From assembly GCF_028641065.1 (NCBI RefSeq), contig NC_073393.1, positions 29,512,001-29,576,000 of the forward strand: a stretch of 64,000 bases of DNA, read 5' to 3'. The first letter of the stretch is position 1. Each line of letters begins with the position of its first letter. The position numbers were made by a program, and so were the translations under genes. The DNA is from Leucoraja erinacea (Eukaryota). Positions 59,961 through 64,000 of the stretch are shown piece after piece. The notes under the pieces are model-generated. The model ran no database searches and was not told where the DNA came from. It was given only the letters and a program-made list of their open reading frames with translations.

Positions 59961-60971
59961 AACTTCTTGGTCTCGCTAATTTTAAATTCTGAACATGGCT
60001 GTGAATTCAGTAACCAAAGCTTTGGAATTCCCTTCCTGTAACACCTCAACAACTTGTGTTTTCTTCTATAAGACATTCCATAAAATGTACTTAATTTATC
60101 CCAATTAATGGCTTGTTGACAATTTATTTCAATAACGTTCCTCTGAGATGCCTGGGGACTTTTACTCATTAGAAATGTTGTTCTTGGAAGAGTTTTTTAA
60201 ATATCTAGAATTATAACTGTTGTTTATGTCATATATAGTTTGCAAAATAATTCAGTAATGTAGTCTGTCATTTTCCTGGCTTTCCCTTCAGTTCTACTCA
60301 AAACAGCAACACACAGGTAAAAGTCAGCCTTGACTAGGATTACGCACTAACATTTTTAAACATTAAAAAACCTTATCCTTGAGAATAAAGTACTGCCAGG
60401 AAGCATCAAGATTAGTTTGCAAACTGATTATTTTAAAAACTATGTGTATTCTGAATGGAAAGTAAAAATATTCATAATTTTTCTGCCATTTAAAAAGAAA
60501 GTTGCCTTCAATTTCTAGACGGAAAATAAATTAGATTGGTTTCCAGAGGAGAAAATATGCCATTAAAATTAACAGTTTAACCATCACAAAGAGCTCGTAT
60601 ACATGCAACAGGCTGAATGACTGTCCACTCTGCCATATGATTGTATAAAAGGATGGCATAAGTTCATGAGTACTCCAACATATGGACAAGCAGTTTACAA
60701 GAACATTTCAAGGACAAACTTGACTTTATTGATTTTAACTTCAATTGACAGTCATTTCTTCAGCACTGTTAAAATATCCTGATACAAACGGTGGCAAAAT
60801 TGAAGTATCTAATGAAATTTAACTAAGTTTTATTTTGAAAGAAACGATCAGCAAACAACTGGAGTAATAATGGAACCTTGGCAAAGAAAAAAAAGCTTGA
60901 AAATAAACCCAAGAAAAAAACAGCACCAATTGAATAATTCACAGATGGAGCCTAGTAAAAACAGACCCATA

Positions 60972-61090
60972 GACTGAAGAAGGGTCCCGACCCGAAACAT
61001 TACATATTCATGTGCACCAGAGATACTGCCTGACCTGCTGTGTTACTCCAGTACATTGCGTTTTTTTTTGTTAACCAGCATCTGCAGTTT
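60972..61090 (+). mobile_element. Penelope terminal repeat with hammerhead-like motif
   Basis: CTGAAGA-a-gggtCCCGaccc-GAAAC...ccagcatctgcagtt. Confidence 0.7.
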
Positions 61091-61104
61091 AACTGTACTT
61101 AAAA

Positions 61105-61720
61105 GTTTAGAATTACAGCATAGAAACAAGCCATTTGGCCCACTGAGATCGCACCGACCAGTGGTGGCCCCATAGACTAGCATCATCCTATATGCTAGGG
61201 ACAATTTCCATAAGCCAATTAACTTACATAGGGTGCTCCTGTTTTATCCCACACTCCAAAAACATACAGATTTCTAGGTTCTATGGAGCGAAGGAAATAG
61301 GCAACGTTTCGGGCCGAAACCCTTCTTCAGACCGAAACGTTGCCTATTTCCTTCGCTCCATAGATGCTGCTGCACCCGCTGAGTTTCTCCAGCTATTTTG
61401 TGTACCTTCGATTCTCCAGCATCTGCAGTTCCTTCTTAAACACAGATTTCTAGGTTGTCCAGGAAGGAACTTCAGATGCTGGTTTACACCGAAGATAGAC
61501 ACAAAATGTTGGAATAACTCAGCGGGACAGGCACCATTGGCTGTCCCATTTAATTACTCCAGCATTTTGTATCTATCTTCAGGTTTGTAGGTAAATTGGC
61601 TCGGTGAAAACCCACAAGGAGAATGTACACGTACATGCACAGGTACTACACGTAGTCAGGATCGAACCCAGGTCTCTGGCGCTGTAAGGCAGCAAATCTC
61701 CCACTGCGCTACTGTGGCCC
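61105..61720 (-). mobile_element. Rearranged V-SINE carrying two nested Penelope-derived fold-back elements
   Basis: SINE tail at ~61105-61230 and head at ~61610-61720, with an inverted internal SINE segment and inserts at 61281-61441 and ~61460-61580. Confidence 0.75.
61281..61441 (+). mobile_element. Fold-back Penelope-derived short element with 15-bp TSD
   Basis: Perfect 33-bp inverted repeat (61280-61312 / 61332-61364); ACAGATTTCTAGGTT at 61266-61280 and 61442-61456. Confidence 0.88.
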
Positions 61721-62214
61721 TCTTAAGACTTTTCTTGTTCATTCACAGGATGTTGGTTCTACCAGCATGGCAGCATTTTTTGCCCATTCTCAGGTGGCCC
61801 AGAACCAGGTATAGAATTTCATAGTAACCAAGCAGCAATGGATATATCTAGAGAGGGTAAGAGGGCAGAAGAATTTTCAGTCAGTGCAGGCCTTGTTTCT
61901 ATGGGTTTATAGTCACATAAAGGCCAGGTCAATGTGACGTTAGATGACTATGCCAGATTTATTGTTGAAACAATCTGAGAGATCAATAGAAAAGGAACAT
62001 GTTGAACGGTTGCTTTTTTTATTACATCTTCAATAAGTTATACTCCTAACTGAAGATGTTCATGAACAGAGATGAGAAAAAATGCACACTTTTAGAAAAC
62101 CCGAGAAACACAATATTCAGTCTTATATTTGTTCTTCTGGAGTGTGGTGATAAAAGTTGAAAACAATATTTAATTTAATTTGTACATGCTAACCACTTAT
62201 GAAGTTCAATCCAG

Positions 62215-62415
62215 ATAGAGTCATAGAGCCATACACCACAGAAGCAGGCCCTTTGGCCCAACTTGTCCATGCCAGCAAGGTGCCTCAGCTAAGCGAGTCC
62301 TATTTGCCTGTGTTTGTCCCACATCTCTCTCAACCTTTCGTATCCATGTATCTGTCCAAGTGTCTCTTCAATGCTGTTATAGTACCTGCCTCAACTACCG
62401 CCTCTGATAGTTCAA
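62215..62415 (-). mobile_element. CR1 3' fragment
   Basis: VVEAGTITALKRHLDRYMDTKG. Confidence 0.75.
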
Positions 62416-62425
62416 TACTTATATG

Positions 62426-62692
62426 AGGGCGACAGATAGCACAATGGGCTAAGAGTTCGGCTGGCGACCGGAAGGTAGCCGGTTCAAATCCCGCTTGGAG
62501 TGCATACTGTCGTTGTGTCCTTGGGCAAGACACTTCACCCACCTTTGCCTGTAATGGAATGGCGGCAGGCGCGGGCACACCGCGACGCCCTGTGTCTCCC
62601 TTTCAAGGGAGATGCTAAAAATGCATTTTGTTGTCTCTGTACTGTACACTGACAATGACAATAAATTGAATCATTTCATTTCATCATTTCAT
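62426..62692 (+). mobile_element. tRNA-derived SINE of a second family (CORE-like)
   Basis: A/B boxes (tagcacaatgg, ggttcaaatcc), gtgtccttgggcaagacactt core and aataaa-(catt)n tail. Confidence 0.7.
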
Positions 62693-62714
62693 TTATAACC
62701 ACCACTTCAATACA

Positions 62715-63070
62715 CAATAGACAATAGGTGCAGGAGTAGGACATTTGGCTCTTCGAGCCAGCACCGCCATTCAATTTGATCATGGCTGATCATTCCCAAT
62801 CACTACCCCGTTCCTGCCTTCTCCCCATATCCCTTGACTCCGCTAATTTTAAGAGCTCTATCTAGCTCTCTCTTGAAAGCATCCAGAGAACCTGCCTCCA
62901 CCGCCCTCTGAGGCAGAGAATTCCACAGACTCCTGAGACACAGATTCCTGAGTGGAAAAGTTGCCCTTTTGGTTTGTATTAAATCTTGCTCCTCTCACTT
63001 TAAACCTATGTCCTCTGATATTTGATTCCCTTAACCTGGATAAAAGACTTTGTGCATTCATGACCCTCAC
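62715..63070 (-). mobile_element. Nested CR1 3' fragments
   Basis: caatagacaataggtgcagg tail and CR1 3' coding remnants. Confidence 0.75.
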
Positions 63071-63709
63071 AGTTTAAGAAGGACCTTGTGTAACTTTTGG
63101 TTCAGTTGGCAATATCCTGAGTCAGTGAATCCAGTTCTCACCCTTTTGCCGATGAGAACAGATTTTCCGTAATCTCTTTCTCTGGATCTTTGATGATTTG
63201 AACACTCGTGTCTCCAATTTCACCGTTGCTGGTTTATGAAGAAAACTCGCAGTTTTTCCATTCCATTTATGTGACAAATAGCTCTCAACCAGGATTATTC
63301 CACAAAGTCATTTCTATTATCTTTTTTAGGGACTTTGTTAAATCCTTCCTAAATTGCAGTGACCATAACTGGACAAGGTACTCTATTTTCCCACTTCCAT
63401 ACATTGTAGAAGGAAACCTTTCGGCCCATTGAATTTATGCTGGCTCCCTAGCGATTCCACCAATCCCACATTCCCACTGCTTTCACTGAAACCTATTCTC
63501 TCTCATGTTCCTTTATAACCTTCTTCCTACCCTGTCCCCACCAATTCCCCTCCCACCCACGTACCCTAAGGTTGATTTACTTACCAACCTGCACATTTTG
63601 GGACATGGGAGAGACAAGGCCATTGGGAGGAATGCCACATGGTCAGAGGGAAAATGTGCTCACTCACCTCAGACAGCTCTGGAGATTAAAATGTAACCTG
63701 GTTTCCATA

Positions 63710-64000
63710 GAAAATGTAACCACAACTTCAAATTAAAGGACGTACCTTTAGAGAGGAGATGAGGTGGTGAATCAGTGGAATTCATTGCCACAGAATGAAG
63801 TGAAGGCCAAGTTAATGGATATTTTGAAGGTGGAGATGGACAGATTCTTGATTAGTGAGGGTGCAGGGGTTATGGGGAGAAGGCAGGAGAATGGGGTTGA
63901 GAGGGAAAGATAAATCAGCCATGATTGAATGGTGGAGTAGACAATGGGCCGAATGGCCTAATTCTGCGCCTAACATTTATTAACTTATTCATGTATGGTT
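63710..64000 (+). mobile_element. CR1 3' fragment
   Basis: gtggtgaatc.gtggaattcattgccacag...gggccgaatggcctaattctg. Confidence 0.75.

Overview
Eukaryotic DNA, very likely from a cartilaginous fish (shark, ray or skate), judged from HE1/V-SINE-like SINEs, CR1 LINE tails and Penelope fragments. The core is part of the conserved vertebrate FoxF1-FoxC2-FoxL1 cluster: single-exon FOXC2 (28713-30131, +) and FOXL1 (37665-39116, +). Both lie in a CpG-rich, nearly transposon-free domain (~23.1-41.6 kb). The flanks are packed with repeats: CR1, Rex1/Babar and RTE-X LINEs, SINEs, Penelope-like fragments with minimal hammerhead-ribozyme motifs, a complete but frameshifted hAT/Charlie transposon, hAT and Harbinger MITEs, Helitron-like pieces and a probable solo LTR. 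The most notable observations are a family of short fold-back, hammerhead-bearing insertions with 14-15 bp target-site duplications (TSDs), an unclassified 861-bp TIR element with a 7-bp TSD, an unexplained inverted pair of splice-acceptor/promoter-like modules, and Gli and FOX:ETS motif clusters upstream of FOXL1. All family assignments are by eye; repeat boundaries are approximate unless a TSD is quoted.
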